Notes: generated from the sequence alone by a model not told the origin. Shown: positions 38,282 to 48,731, counted from the first letter of the stretch. The stretch: 60,158 bases of DNA from Eubacteriales bacterium (GCA_045587745.1 JAZNCU010000027.1:1-60158), one strand, 5' to 3'. A program made the numbers and translations.

Positions 38282-39147
38282 AGCTCGCCCTCGTAATGGC
38301 TTTTAAAGCCCTCTCCGAATACTGCGGTGGCTTTGGTAACGAATACGAATGCCTTCGGATCGGTATCACGGACTATCTCCCGTGCCTGAGGGAGCGCTCG
38401 GTTTTTCATAACGCACATCATAACGTGCCTTCTATCCCCCGTGTATGCGCCCTCGCCGTGAAGAATCGTAACACCGAGGTCGAGGTCGGTAAGAAGTCTA
38501 TCCGAAATTTCCTTATCTCGGTCGCTGATGATATACACCGTTCTTGCCTCGTCCGAGCCGTAAAGCACCATATTGAGCACGACCATCGAAACCAAAAGCG
38601 CAATACCTGCGTAAAGCGAGAGATCAATGCTTCCAAACAGTATTCCCGATGCAAGCACCACCATACCGTCGGTGATAAGGAACACCGTGCCGGTGGAAAG
38701 ATGCTTGAACTTTCGCCTGAGCAGCTTGACAATCACGTCGGTGCCGCCGGTAGTACCGCCTGCACGGAAAACGAGTCCTATGCCTGCCGAAACAAGCACC
38801 GAGCCGGCAACGCTTGCGAGCAGCAGATCGTTTGTAAGAGGCTCAAAGTGCGATGCGATATAGTTGATTGCAAGCGAGGATATGACTACCGAATAGATAG
38901 TGGAGAACAAAAAACGAAATCCGAGCACGACAAGACCTGCAACGAGGATAGGAATATTAAACACCATTATCCAGGAGCCTGTCTCGAGGAACGGAAAAAA
39001 GTAGTTTGTAATGATCGCAATACCCGAAACTCCGCCGGGCGCAAGGTTATTGGGGTCAAAAAACAATGCTACACCTGCCGCAAAAATAATGCTTCCTGCA
39101 GTGTTTTGGAGCAGCTTGGGCAGCCATTTGCGAAAGCTCTTTTTCAT
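38278..39147 (-). CDS. YitT family membrane protein
   Basis: PGGVSGI, FNIP, GTTGGTD, GEGAYTG and DPKAFV. Confidence 0.9.
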   Translation of the reverse strand: MKKSFRKWLPKLLQNTAGSIIFAAGVALFFDPNNLAPGGVSGIAIITNYFFPFLETGSWIMVFNIPILVAGLVVLGFRFLFSTIYSVVISSLAINYIASHFEPLTNDLLLASVAGSVLVSAGIGLVFRAGGTTGGTDVIVKLLRRKFKHLSTGTVFLITDGMVVLASGILFGSIDLSLYAGIALLVSMVVLNMVLYGSDEARTVYIISDRDKEISDRLLTDLDLGVTILHGEGAYTGDRRHVMMCVMKNRALPQAREIVRDTDPKAFVFVTKATAVFGEGFKSHYEGEL

Positions 39148-39593
39148 GCCGATACCTCGCCTCCGATATATTTTTCGTCGGTGCAAAAGCCCACCGTGCA
39201 GGCGACAACGCCATATCCCTCCTCGTTATCGAGAACGGTGATTACAAAATCATAAAAAATCGAGTCTATATACGCAATGTAATTGCAAACAATGACTCTG
39301 CCCTCAAGCTCGGTATCATCTGAGTAACGCTTGTCCGCAGAGTCCAGGCCGATAAGCTCGTCACCTGCGTTGATAAAGTATGATTCCGACAGCAGTGCGT
39401 AATAATCCTCGCTCGGTATGGCTTCTCCGCCGCTTACGGGGTGGGTGTAGGCGCTTACCTCTTTGCTGTCGCCGGTCAAAAGCGCCTGAATATAGCCGAG
39501 CGCCGTATCATCGGCTCTTTTTACGTCAATATCGGAGCAGGCGGTCAAAAGCAGCAGGCACACAGCCATCACTGCAACAACGCATTTTTTCAT
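39144..39593 (-). CDS. Small putative lipoprotein
   Basis: Lipobox LTAC; acidic; tightly packed between its neighbours. Confidence 0.65.
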   Translation of the reverse strand: MKKCVVAVMAVCLLLLTACSDIDVKRADDTALGYIQALLTGDSKEVSAYTHPVSGGEAIPSEDYYALLSESYFINAGDELIGLDSADKRYSDDTELEGRVIVCNYIAYIDSIFYDFVITVLDNEEGYGVVACTVGFCTDEKYIGGEVSA

Positions 39594-39594
39594 A

Positions 39595-41001
39595 TCAGCC
39601 TCCGTTTATATCAAAGGTGCCCAGCACGTGACGCTTGAGCATAAAATAATCGTCGGGAACGGCACCCTCACCGCCGCTGATCGCCATAGCACGCAGCTCG
39701 GCACTGCTTGGAGTGTAGGTGCCCAGCACGGCACGCTTTGCCATAAGGTAGTCGGGCGCATCAATCTTGCCGTTGCCGTTGGCATCGCCCTTTACGACGA
39801 TAACGTAGGTTGCATCACCTGCAACGAGCAGCTGTCCTGTTTTTACAACGTCGTCGGTAACGGCGTTCCCGTCCTTATCGGCAACCGTTACGGAGCCGAG
39901 CTCGGCAACAAAATCCGCTATCTCGGTCTTTTCGGCTACCCAATAGATCAATCCGTCCGCTACGGTATATTTTTCGGGGAAGGAAGCAACGGGGCTATCG
40001 GCAACCGACGTCGAAAACGTACTTCCCGAGCCTGTAACTATTCCCGTAACTCCGTTTACTCCGAGCACCGTATCCCGCTTGATGGCAAACGCGCCCACGT
40101 CGCCCTCGGCGCCTATGACATTAAAGGGAATCGTAACCAAAAAGCTCTCGCCCGATTTAAGTATCTCGTTGGCGACCGTGCCTGCTCCGAGTGCCGCAAA
40201 ACGCAACGTATAACAGCCCTCATCGTAATCCAGCGAGCACATCTGCTCCCAGCCGTCGGCAGGCATATCGGTCATAAAGGCATCCATCTCGCCGTTCTCG
40301 TTGGCGGTTATCACAGGCTCAAAAATATCGGTATCGTAGTGCAGATCGCATTCAAAGGCGATTATTCCCGTGCTGTCGCCGAGATTTGTCACCTCGGCGG
40401 TGAGATTGTATATTCCTCTCTCGTAGGCGGTTTCGCTACCGCTGAGCGTAAGCGCAAGCTTATCGCTCTCGGAAAGGCCTACCGCCGATACCGTAGCACC
40501 CGCTCCGCCGTATATATCCGAAACCGAATGGGCTCCGATGATGATAATATCGCCGCTGTCGACGGTAAAATCAAAAACGCCTGCCTCACGTACGGTGAAC
40601 GGAATGCGGATAACGATGTCGTCTTCGTCGGTAATATAGTTAGTGCTATCCGAGCCGACGCAAAACCGCAGATAGTATTTGTTTTCCTGCTCGGAATAGC
40701 TGCAAAGCTGCTCCCATCCCGAGGGAAGCGTTTTTGCAAACAGATCCATCTGGCTGTTTTCGTTAGAGGTGATTTTGGGCAGTACGTACTCGCTGTCATA
40801 GGTCAGCGAAAATTCAATGCCCGATATGGCGATATCTACCCTCGAGAGCGTAACGGTAACGGCTATCTCGCCTCCCACCGCAACGTCCTCGGTGCAGGAA
40901 AGCGCAAAAGCAGCCGCCTCGTTTGCCGAGACGGTACCGCAAAATGCTGTCAATAGGGTTATTACTGCAAGAATGCAGGCGATGGACTTTTTGAGCTTCA
41001 T
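39595..41001 (-). CDS. Secreted protein with two cohesin-like domains and a C-terminal dockerin
   Basis: Signal peptide; ISGIEFSLTYD and IIAFECDLHYD cohesin-like motifs in two internal repeats; KGDANGNGKIDAPDY...DY..LKR dockerin. Confidence 0.75.
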   Translation of the reverse strand: MKLKKSIACILAVITLLTAFCGTVSANEAAAFALSCTEDVAVGGEIAVTVTLSRVDIAISGIEFSLTYDSEYVLPKITSNENSQMDLFAKTLPSGWEQLCSYSEQENKYYLRFCVGSDSTNYITDEDDIVIRIPFTVREAGVFDFTVDSGDIIIIGAHSVSDIYGGAGATVSAVGLSESDKLALTLSGSETAYERGIYNLTAEVTNLGDSTGIIAFECDLHYDTDIFEPVITANENGEMDAFMTDMPADGWEQMCSLDYDEGCYTLRFAALGAGTVANEILKSGESFLVTIPFNVIGAEGDVGAFAIKRDTVLGVNGVTGIVTGSGSTFSTSVADSPVASFPEKYTVADGLIYWVAEKTEIADFVAELGSVTVADKDGNAVTDDVVKTGQLLVAGDATYVIVVKGDANGNGKIDAPDYLMAKRAVLGTYTPSSAELRAMAISGGEGAVPDDYFMLKRHVLGTFDINGG

Positions 41002-41016
41002 AAAATCACCTGAAGA

Positions 41017-41850
41017 TCACTTTTTGTTTATCTCTGCGTATATCTCGCCCTTGCCTACTCCTCGGTCACGGGCAACCTGCTTGCAGGCGTCCATGCGGGA
41101 AAGTCCGAGAGCGCAATAATGCTCTACGTGCTGAGGAACGCTCATATCCTTCCAGAACCGATCCTCCTCGCTTACGCCCTCGCAAATAAACACGTACTCT
41201 CCCTTTTTTGCCTCGGGCGGAAGGGAGGTAAACGTATCAAGCACCTCGCTTACGGTGCCTCTGATATACCGCTCGTGCAGCTTTGTAAGCTCCTTTGCAA
41301 GCACGCATCTGCGTTCTCCGAGCTGTTTTGCAAGCTCGGCGAGATATTTTTCGGTATCGTGGGGAGCGATATAGAGAATAAAGGTGCGCTTCTCTCTCGA
41401 TAGCTCCCCTATCCTCTCTTTGCGCTCGCTGTTGCCCTCGGGCAAAAAGCCCTCAAAGCAAAACCGTCTGCTCGGCAGCCCCGATGCAGAAAGAGCACAA
41501 ACGGCGGCACAGGCACCGGGCAGAGCGCATACCTCTATCCCATTTTCGGCGCACAGCGCAACCAGCTCCTCACCCGGATCGCTGACCGCAGGGGTGCCCG
41601 CATCGGTAATGAGCGCACAGCTCTCGCCTGCGAGAATACGCTCGGCGATAGCGAGGGAGGATTTTTTTGTGGAATGCGCATCGTAACGGACGAGCGGCTT
41701 TTTTACGCCGATGAGCGAAAGCAGCTTGCCTCCGACACGGGTGTCCTCCGATGCAACAAAATCGCAGGACGACAGAACCTCTCTTGCTCTCGGGGTTATA
41801 TCGCCCATATTTCCTATCGGCGTGGGAACAATATAAAGTATTCCACCCAT
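41017..41850 (-). CDS. rsmI: 16S rRNA C1402 2'-O-methyltransferase
   Basis: LYIVPTPIGN.GDIT.RA, EDTR, DAGTPAVSDPG and KELTKLHE. Confidence 0.95.
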   Translation of the reverse strand: MGGILYIVPTPIGNMGDITPRAREVLSSCDFVASEDTRVGGKLLSLIGVKKPLVRYDAHSTKKSSLAIAERILAGESCALITDAGTPAVSDPGEELVALCAENGIEVCALPGACAAVCALSASGLPSRRFCFEGFLPEGNSERKERIGELSREKRTFILYIAPHDTEKYLAELAKQLGERRCVLAKELTKLHERYIRGTVSEVLDTFTSLPPEAKKGEYVFICEGVSEEDRFWKDMSVPQHVEHYCALGLSRMDACKQVARDRGVGKGEIYAEINKK

Positions 41851-41854
41851 TTTA

Positions 41855-43399
41855 TCAGCCCTTAGCTCTCTTTCTGTGTTTGAGGGTGCGAAGCTTCATA
41901 TAAAGCTTGGGCAGATTGTCGATAACAAAGTTTTTGACCTTGCTTCTGCCTTTTGCGTAGATATCGTGAATCTTGACGAGGAATTTGTAGGGAACGTATT
42001 TTCCCGTTACACGCACGTCAAGGAATTTCTCATAGGGCTTTCCGAGCCACTCGGGCATTGCGTACGCCCATTTGTAGCGGCGCACGAAATGTGCAAAATA
42101 AGCCTCGATATAAAGCACCTCGTGCTCGGGGAACTGGGGCTGAACGAGGGGAACACGCACGTCGGGAGAGATATGCTCGGGCAGGAATCCGCCTTCCTTT
42201 GCAATCTCGTACAGCTTTGTTCCGGGGTAGGGATAAAAGATGTTGGGAATAACCCGGTCCGCGCCCGCCTTTGCGTTGAGCTTTATCGTTTTGAGCGCAC
42301 GGAACTTGTCCTCATAGGGAAGACCGATAATGTTGTAGGTAAGCTGAGCTATTCCGTATTTGTGGAACCACTTGCTGCAGTTGATTATCATCTCATCGGT
42401 CATATAACGCTTGAGATATTTGAATCTCATCTCGGAATCACCGCTCTCAAGGCCCATATCGATTGTATAGCAACCTGCCTCTTTCATTTTGCGGACGGTA
42501 TCCTCGGTGAGTATATCAAAGCGGATATTGCCCGTAAAGGGAAGGTGGATCTCCTTGGTATAGAGGTCAAGGAACTCGTCAAACCACTCGGGGATCATAT
42601 TAAAGATAGCATCACGGAAGTTGATAACCTTGATCTGCGGATGACGCTCGAGCAGGGTTTTGAGGTAGAGAATACCGTTCTGCGGCGAGCGGAAGCGTGA
42701 GTAGATTTTTTTATTGGGGTATACGTTGCGGAACTGCGAGTTGCCGCAGTAGGTGCAGTTGTAGCGGCAGCCGCGGCTCATCATAACGATAGCCGTGCCT
42801 ACCTTAACGCTATCGAGATTATCGTAGTCGAACAGCTCAAAATCGGGAATGGGCAGCCTGTCAAGATCCTCGAACAGGGGACGGATGGGATTCTTTTTAA
42901 TGCTTCCGTCCTCGAGCTTAAAGTACTTGCTTTCAACATCGGTATAATCCTCGCCTGCGCTCATCTTGTCGCATAGCTCAAGCTCGGCATACTCGCCGTC
43001 ACCGATCGTAACGCAGTCCACGCCATCAACCGCAAGCACCTCATCGGGCGCAAGGGTGCAGTGATAGCTTCCGCAGGTGATAAGCACGTCGGGGCAAACC
43101 TCTTTTGTCCAGCCGATATATTTTTTACAGTCCTCAAATGCGGTGGTACGGATAGAAAAACCGATAATATCAAATTCACCCAGACCGAGGAGCTTGTCCT
43201 TGAACTCCTGCTCGGAATGGAGATAGAGCAGGTGCATCAGCTTTACGGTGTGACCTGCCTGCTTGAGTACTGCCGAAATAGAGGCGAGTCCCTCGCTGTA
43301 GTTACCGCCCGTGAGCTTTCCCGAAAGCTCTCTGTCGGTGTAATCGGGGTATACGAGGAGCATTCTTGCCTTTGCTCCGCCTAAATTTTTAAGTGCCAT
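41855..43399 (-). CDS. B12-binding domain radical SAM protein
   Basis: N-terminal cobalamin-binding region (GLASISAVLK.AGH.V, GDGE); SRGCRYNCTYC, GLESG, IIGLPYE and PYPGT; GAGGTGA RBS before ATG 43399. Confidence 0.88.
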   Translation of the reverse strand: MALKNLGGAKARMLLVYPDYTDRELSGKLTGGNYSEGLASISAVLKQAGHTVKLMHLLYLHSEQEFKDKLLGLGEFDIIGFSIRTTAFEDCKKYIGWTKEVCPDVLITCGSYHCTLAPDEVLAVDGVDCVTIGDGEYAELELCDKMSAGEDYTDVESKYFKLEDGSIKKNPIRPLFEDLDRLPIPDFELFDYDNLDSVKVGTAIVMMSRGCRYNCTYCGNSQFRNVYPNKKIYSRFRSPQNGILYLKTLLERHPQIKVINFRDAIFNMIPEWFDEFLDLYTKEIHLPFTGNIRFDILTEDTVRKMKEAGCYTIDMGLESGDSEMRFKYLKRYMTDEMIINCSKWFHKYGIAQLTYNIIGLPYEDKFRALKTIKLNAKAGADRVIPNIFYPYPGTKLYEIAKEGGFLPEHISPDVRVPLVQPQFPEHEVLYIEAYFAHFVRRYKWAYAMPEWLGKPYEKFLDVRVTGKYVPYKFLVKIHDIYAKGRSKVKNFVIDNLPKLYMKLRTLKHRKRAKG

Positions 43400-43424
43400 A
43401 ATTTTCACCTCTGTAAAACTATAT

Positions 43425-45902
43425 TCAATCCTGCTTGGCATCGAACCAGCTTTTGCCGATTCCGATGTCGGTGGTAAGCGGAACGGCCATATCAGCCGCA
43501 CCCTGCATCGCCTCGCAAAGAATCAGCTTTGCTTTCTCCGCCTCGTGTATAGGAGCCTCGACTATAAGCTCGTCATGTATCTGAAGCACGAGCTTTGCCT
43601 CAAGACCTGCCTCGGCAAGCATCCTGCTTGCACGTATCATTGCTATTTTGATAAGGTCGGCGGCGGTGCCCTGGATCGGGGTGTTCATCGCCACACGCTC
43701 ACCGAAAGCACGTATATTTGCATTTTTGCTGTTGATCTCGGGGACGTATCTTCTTCTGCCGAAAACGGTGGTAACGTACCCGTTCTCCTTCGCCTCGGTC
43801 TTTACGGATTCCATATAATCCCTCACGCCGGGGTATTTGGAGAGGTAGCTCTCAATGTATTCCGCCGCCTCACGTCTGCTTACGTGCAGATCCTGAGAGA
43901 GAGAGTAATCGCCCATACCGTATATTATGCCAAAATTAACGGTTTTTGCCTTTTTACGCATATCCGAGGTTACAAACTCGGGCGGAAGCCCAAAAACCTG
44001 CGATGCCGTAATGCGGTGGATGTCCTCGCCGTCGATAAACGCCTGACGGAAGGTGTCGTCATCCGAAACGTGTGCCAGCACTCTCAGCTCTATCTGCGAG
44101 TAGTCGGCATCGATCAGAACGCAGCCCTCACGTGCAACGAAAAACCTTCTCAGCTCCCTGCCTTTTTCGCTACGCACGGGAATATTTTGCAGATTAGGCT
44201 CTGCCGAGGAAAGCCTTCCCGTTAAGGTCTGTGTCTGCTTGAAGGTAGTGTGTATCCTTCCGCTTTCGTCTATTTGACCCATCAGCCCGTCGCAATAGGT
44301 GTTTTTGAGCTTTGCGTCCTTGCGGTATTCGAGTATAAGCGGAACGATAGGATGGTAATGCTCCAGCTTTTCGAGCACCGAAACGTCGGTGGAATAGCCG
44401 CTTTTGGTCTTTTTGAAATGCGGAAGCGACAGCTTTTCAAACAGTATATGTCCGAGCTGCTTGGTGGAATTGATGTTAAACTCCTCGCCCGCAAGTGCAT
44501 ATATCGCCTGCTCGGTCTGCTTTATGGTTAGGTCGAGCGCATCCGAAAAGCTTTGCATCTCGTCTCGGCTGACTCCAAATCCCAGCTCCTCCATCTCGGC
44601 AAGCACGAAGCAGAGCGGAAGCTCTATCTCGGTGTACAGCCTCATTATATCCTCATCGGCATCCCCGAGCAGCTTTTGCTCGAGCCGCTCAAACAGAGCA
44701 ACGTCGGTCTCGCTCACGTTAACGTCGAGGAGCGAGGAACAAACTCTGTCAAAGCTGATGCCGTTGTCGGCAGGTGAAATAAGGTAGGAGAGGATCGAAA
44801 GGTCGTCGGTCCTGCCGAGCGTGATGCCCTTGGACATAGCAAGCCTTACAACCTCCTTTGCCGACCAGCAAATAAAATGTCTGTTGCTCGCCAGCAGACG
44901 GTCGGAATCCTCCTCGTCGGTTTTGTAGCAGCTATCGCCTATTTTGGCAAACACGCAACCGCCCTCACGGTGGATATAAACCTTTTTGCCCTCGGGAATG
45001 ACCTCGGGCAGGGGGAGATACTCGCTGTGAGTAAAGGCAGGTATGCTCTCGCCGAGTGCATCGAGGTGCTTTTTGAAGCCCAGCTTTGTGTAAATCGCTC
45101 TCAAAGCGGGAATATCATCACCGAGGTATTTGTAGCTCTCCGCATCGGCATCTATCGGTGCGGCAAGGCATATTTCGGTAAGGAAGCGTGATTCATACGC
45201 GCTTTCCTTTCCTGCCCTCAGCTTTTCGCCAAGACTGCCTTTTATGCTATCGGCGTGCTCATAAACTCCGTCGAGCGAGCCGTACTCGGCAATGAGCTTT
45301 ATAGCTCCCTTTTCGCCTATACCCGGAACACCCTTGATGTTATCCGAGCTGTCGCCCATCAGCGATTTGACGTCGATAAGCTGCTTGGGAGCGAGAGAAT
45401 ATTTTTCACTGATGAAATCGGGATCGACGATCTTGGTCTCGTCGTTTGCGGCAAGCAGCACCGTAACGCAGTCGTTTACAAGCTGAAAGCTGTCCCTGTC
45501 ACCCGTGACGATAAAGCATTTATCGCCGTTTTTGCAAAACATATCCGACAGTGTGCCGAGAATATCGTCCGCCTCGTAGCCTACACATTCGATGACCGTC
45601 AGACCAAGCGCCTCGGAAACCTCTTTTGCAATGGGGAGCTGTACCGCCAGATCCTCGGGCATACCCTTTCTCGTTGCCTTATAGCTCTCGCAGGCAAGAT
45701 GCCTGAAGGTTTTTTCCTTGCGGTCAAAAGCTATTGCGGCATAGTCGGGGCTCACGCCAAAACGGGAAAGCTCTTTTTTGATTATGTTTACAAAACCGTA
45801 TACTGCATTGGTGGGAGTACCGTCGGGTGCCGAGAGAGGGCGCACTCCGTAAAAAGCTCTGTTGAGTATGCTGTTTCCGTCAAAAATTATCGCAGTTCCC
45901 AT
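43425..45902 (-). CDS. polA: DNA polymerase I
   Basis: DGNSILNRAFY 5'-nuclease; TGRLSS.EPNLQNIP, DYSQIELR, KTVNFGIIYG and QIHDEL. Confidence 0.97.
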   Translation of the reverse strand: MGTAIIFDGNSILNRAFYGVRPLSAPDGTPTNAVYGFVNIIKKELSRFGVSPDYAAIAFDRKEKTFRHLACESYKATRKGMPEDLAVQLPIAKEVSEALGLTVIECVGYEADDILGTLSDMFCKNGDKCFIVTGDRDSFQLVNDCVTVLLAANDETKIVDPDFISEKYSLAPKQLIDVKSLMGDSSDNIKGVPGIGEKGAIKLIAEYGSLDGVYEHADSIKGSLGEKLRAGKESAYESRFLTEICLAAPIDADAESYKYLGDDIPALRAIYTKLGFKKHLDALGESIPAFTHSEYLPLPEVIPEGKKVYIHREGGCVFAKIGDSCYKTDEEDSDRLLASNRHFICWSAKEVVRLAMSKGITLGRTDDLSILSYLISPADNGISFDRVCSSLLDVNVSETDVALFERLEQKLLGDADEDIMRLYTEIELPLCFVLAEMEELGFGVSRDEMQSFSDALDLTIKQTEQAIYALAGEEFNINSTKQLGHILFEKLSLPHFKKTKSGYSTDVSVLEKLEHYHPIVPLILEYRKDAKLKNTYCDGLMGQIDESGRIHTTFKQTQTLTGRLSSAEPNLQNIPVRSEKGRELRRFFVAREGCVLIDADYSQIELRVLAHVSDDDTFRQAFIDGEDIHRITASQVFGLPPEFVTSDMRKKAKTVNFGIIYGMGDYSLSQDLHVSRREAAEYIESYLSKYPGVRDYMESVKTEAKENGYVTTVFGRRRYVPEINSKNANIRAFGERVAMNTPIQGTAADLIKIAMIRASRMLAEAGLEAKLVLQIHDELIVEAPIHEAEKAKLILCEAMQGAADMAVPLTTDIGIGKSWFDAKQD

Positions 45903-45933
45903 GCTCTCATCCTTACATACTTAATCATAATAT

Positions 45934-45962
45934 ATGATACCACCAAAACAGCCAAAAATCAA
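45934..45962 (-). promoter_or_regulatory. Sigma-A promoter of the polA-led operon
   Basis: Minus strand TTGATT-N17-TATCAT with an extended -10 TG. Confidence 0.7.
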
Positions 45963-45999
45963 GTTATATTCAAAAAAAACGCACGCCCGACAGCAACAC

Positions 46000-46039
46000 A
46001 AAACCGCCCTGCGCGGCATAGCGCCGCAGGACGGCTTTT
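46000..46039 (-). terminator. Intrinsic terminator after the GH3 gene
   Basis: GC-rich imperfect stem CCGCCCTGCG...CGCAGGACGG flanked by A and T tracts. Confidence 0.65.
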
Positions 46040-46053
46040 GATATAACGTATAA

Positions 46054-48708
46054 CTAAAAAACCTCGACCGAAACAGCGTAAGCTTTATCGCTTTCGGAGG
46101 TAAATGCAAAGTTGTTCTCGCCCTCAACGAGCGAAACCTCACGGTAATCGTAAACTATGCTGCCTTCGGTACCGCCGATGAGGAAGCCCCCCGCATTTTT
46201 GGTGTTGATGTGCATATTTACGTTGGTTTGCGTGAGTGCGGGGGTGGTCGAAACGAGCCCTATACGCACGGTTGCCTTGCAAGCCCTTTCGCTGATAACG
46301 GTCGCTCTGCCATCCGAAACCTCGAGCGAAACCTCGGGCTCTCTGCCATCGCATTCCGCCTTGAGGTCACGCACACCGTAGCCTGCCTTGAGTGCGGCAT
46401 AGGAAAGGCTGTCCTTTGCAAAACGCACGAGATTCACCGCACATGCCTGCAGCTCCCCGAGAGTGAGGCTGCCGTTTGCGAGCGATGCGGGCAGGTTGTC
46501 TACTCGGTCAATCGCATCGGGCGAGACCATATAAATATCGTTCATTGCGTGCACCATTGCGGCAAGATTCTCGGTAGAGGCGCTTCCGTCCTCGCCGCTT
46601 ACCTTTGCCCACCAGTCGGTCATAACAAATCCGTCAAAACCAAAATCGTTACGAAGCAGTCGCACGGTGAGATCGTAGTTCGATGCCGCCCAGCGGCCGT
46701 TGACGGGGTTGTATGAGGTCATAACCGAGCGCACGGGGCTCTCGGCAACGCATATCGCAAAGGGTCGTGCGTATATCTCACGCTCGGCACGCTCGCTTAT
46801 AACCGAGTCGGCTCCGTGTCGGTCGCACTCCTGATTGTTTGCCAAAAAGTGCTTGACCGCACCGCTTACGCCAGCTCTGTCAAGTCCTCGGCAGATAGCT
46901 GCCGCCATCTTACCCGAGAGCAGAGGATCCTCCGAAAAATACTCAAAATTCCTTCCGCAAAGCGGATCTCGGTGTATGTTCGTGCCCGGTCCCAAAAGAA
47001 TATCAACGCAGTAGCTCGCAAGCTCACATCCGCACAAAACGTACATTTCCTCGGCAAGCTCGGTATTCCAGGTTGCCGCTATACAGGTGGCGGCAGGGTA
47101 GGCAATGCATTTTTCGTCGCTGACCATACGGATTCCCGATGGACCGTCGGTACAGCAGAGCGCAGGCAGACCGAGTGCTCGGAGAGAGGGTGTGATTCCG
47201 CAAAATGCCGCCGCCGTGCCGGGAGTGACCTTGGGACTGCTCATTCCCTCGGCACGCACCATATGTATCAGGTCCTCGTCGCTCATTCTTGCAACAAGCT
47301 CCTCGGCGGTTATTACACCGCTTGCCACGTCGTCGAGAGTCCTTCCGTCCTTTTCTATCCGCCCCAGCGTAGGAGGAACAGGCTCGTCGGCGTACTGCCT
47401 GAGAGGAACGCTCTCGTATACGGGCTCGCCGTCACGGTTGACAAGCCGCTCAAACGGAAGCAGGGGCGCAAGCGCACTCTCACACCTTTTTATAACGGTA
47501 TCCTCATCGATATTAAAGCAAAAATCCTCGTACAGGCTCATCGAATCCTTTCCGATAAGCACGGTGTACTCGCCTGCCTCAAGCAGATAGCAGTAGGATG
47601 AGTCATCGTAGGAGGCAATCGAATAGTCCGAAAAGCTCAGGTCGGCAGTATAGGTCTCGCCCGGATAAAGGACAGGCGTTTTTTGGAATGCGGCAAGCAC
47701 AACGTCGGGCTTTCCGAGCCGTCCGCAGGGAGCCTTGACGTAGCATTGAACAACGTCCTTGCCTGCACGCTTTCCGCAGTTGGTAACCGCAACACGCACC
47801 CTTGTCCTTCCGTCTCTGCGGTGCAGGTCGAGAATGCAGTATTCAAACTCGGTGTAGGACAGTCCGTAGCCAAAGGGATATAGTATCTTGTCCTCGGCAA
47901 AGGTGTTAAAATATCTGTAGCCGACAAAGATATCCTCTTTGTAAAAATTCCGTCCCGCCGCACCGAAATTGCCGTATGCAGGGTAGTCCTCACGTGAGGC
48001 GGCTACCGTATCGGGAAGCCGTCCCGAGGGGTTGACGTTGCCCATAATAACTCTTGCCGCCGCTTCGCCGCCCATCATTCCGCCCTGCCAAAGCATAAGG
48101 ACGGCATCGGGCTGTGCGGCGTAGATCTCGGACATATCAATTATTCCGCAGGTATTAAGCAGTACGCATACTCTCTCAAAATGCTCACGAATCAAAGCAA
48201 GGTTATCACGCTCGGTATCGGTAAGCATATATCCTCCCCGTCTGAATGGAAGGTCACAGTCCTCGCCTGCGGTGCGGGTTATTACGACAAGAGCGTTTTT
48301 GGCACGTTTTGCCGCATTTTTGACAAACTCGCTGTCAAGCTCCGGCTCCTTTTGCGAGGGGGGATTGGACCAGCCGCCTGCATAATCATAGGGATTCTTT
48401 TCGACAAAATCATCGTAAAATGCCTCGACCTCCCGGTCAAAAACGAGTCCCAGCCCTGCAAGCGACGAGAAAATCTGGGTGGTGAACGGGGGATTCACTC
48501 TGCCTCCAGAGCCCGTGCCGAGAATAAGGTAATGCTTTTGCATTCTTCCGAAAAAGACGGCGCCGTCACCCTTCGAAAGCGGAAGCATACCGTTGTTTTC
48601 GAGAAGGACGATGCCTTCCTCGGCACCCTGCCGGGATAGCGCCGCGGCCTCGGAGGAGTTAAACGTCCGTTTTCCCGTAAGATATTCAAATGCAGATTGT
48701 GTATTCAT
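46054..48708 (-). CDS. GH3 beta-glucosidase with swapped domain order
   Basis: EGIVLLEN and PSGRLPDT (sandwich), Fn3-like YPFGYGLSYT, then barrel motifs DGPSGIR, GRNFEYFSEDP, KHF and VMTDWW. Confidence 0.92.
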   Translation of the reverse strand: MNTQSAFEYLTGKRTFNSSEAAALSRQGAEEGIVLLENNGMLPLSKGDGAVFFGRMQKHYLILGTGSGGRVNPPFTTQIFSSLAGLGLVFDREVEAFYDDFVEKNPYDYAGGWSNPPSQKEPELDSEFVKNAAKRAKNALVVITRTAGEDCDLPFRRGGYMLTDTERDNLALIREHFERVCVLLNTCGIIDMSEIYAAQPDAVLMLWQGGMMGGEAAARVIMGNVNPSGRLPDTVAASREDYPAYGNFGAAGRNFYKEDIFVGYRYFNTFAEDKILYPFGYGLSYTEFEYCILDLHRRDGRTRVRVAVTNCGKRAGKDVVQCYVKAPCGRLGKPDVVLAAFQKTPVLYPGETYTADLSFSDYSIASYDDSSYCYLLEAGEYTVLIGKDSMSLYEDFCFNIDEDTVIKRCESALAPLLPFERLVNRDGEPVYESVPLRQYADEPVPPTLGRIEKDGRTLDDVASGVITAEELVARMSDEDLIHMVRAEGMSSPKVTPGTAAAFCGITPSLRALGLPALCCTDGPSGIRMVSDEKCIAYPAATCIAATWNTELAEEMYVLCGCELASYCVDILLGPGTNIHRDPLCGRNFEYFSEDPLLSGKMAAAICRGLDRAGVSGAVKHFLANNQECDRHGADSVISERAEREIYARPFAICVAESPVRSVMTSYNPVNGRWAASNYDLTVRLLRNDFGFDGFVMTDWWAKVSGEDGSASTENLAAMVHAMNDIYMVSPDAIDRVDNLPASLANGSLTLGELQACAVNLVRFAKDSLSYAALKAGYGVRDLKAECDGREPEVSLEVSDGRATVISERACKATVRIGLVSTTPALTQTNVNMHINTKNAGGFLIGGTEGSIVYDYREVSLVEGENNFAFTSESDKAYAVSVEVF

Positions 48709-48731
48709 AAAAAGCACCTCGTTTCGAAATA

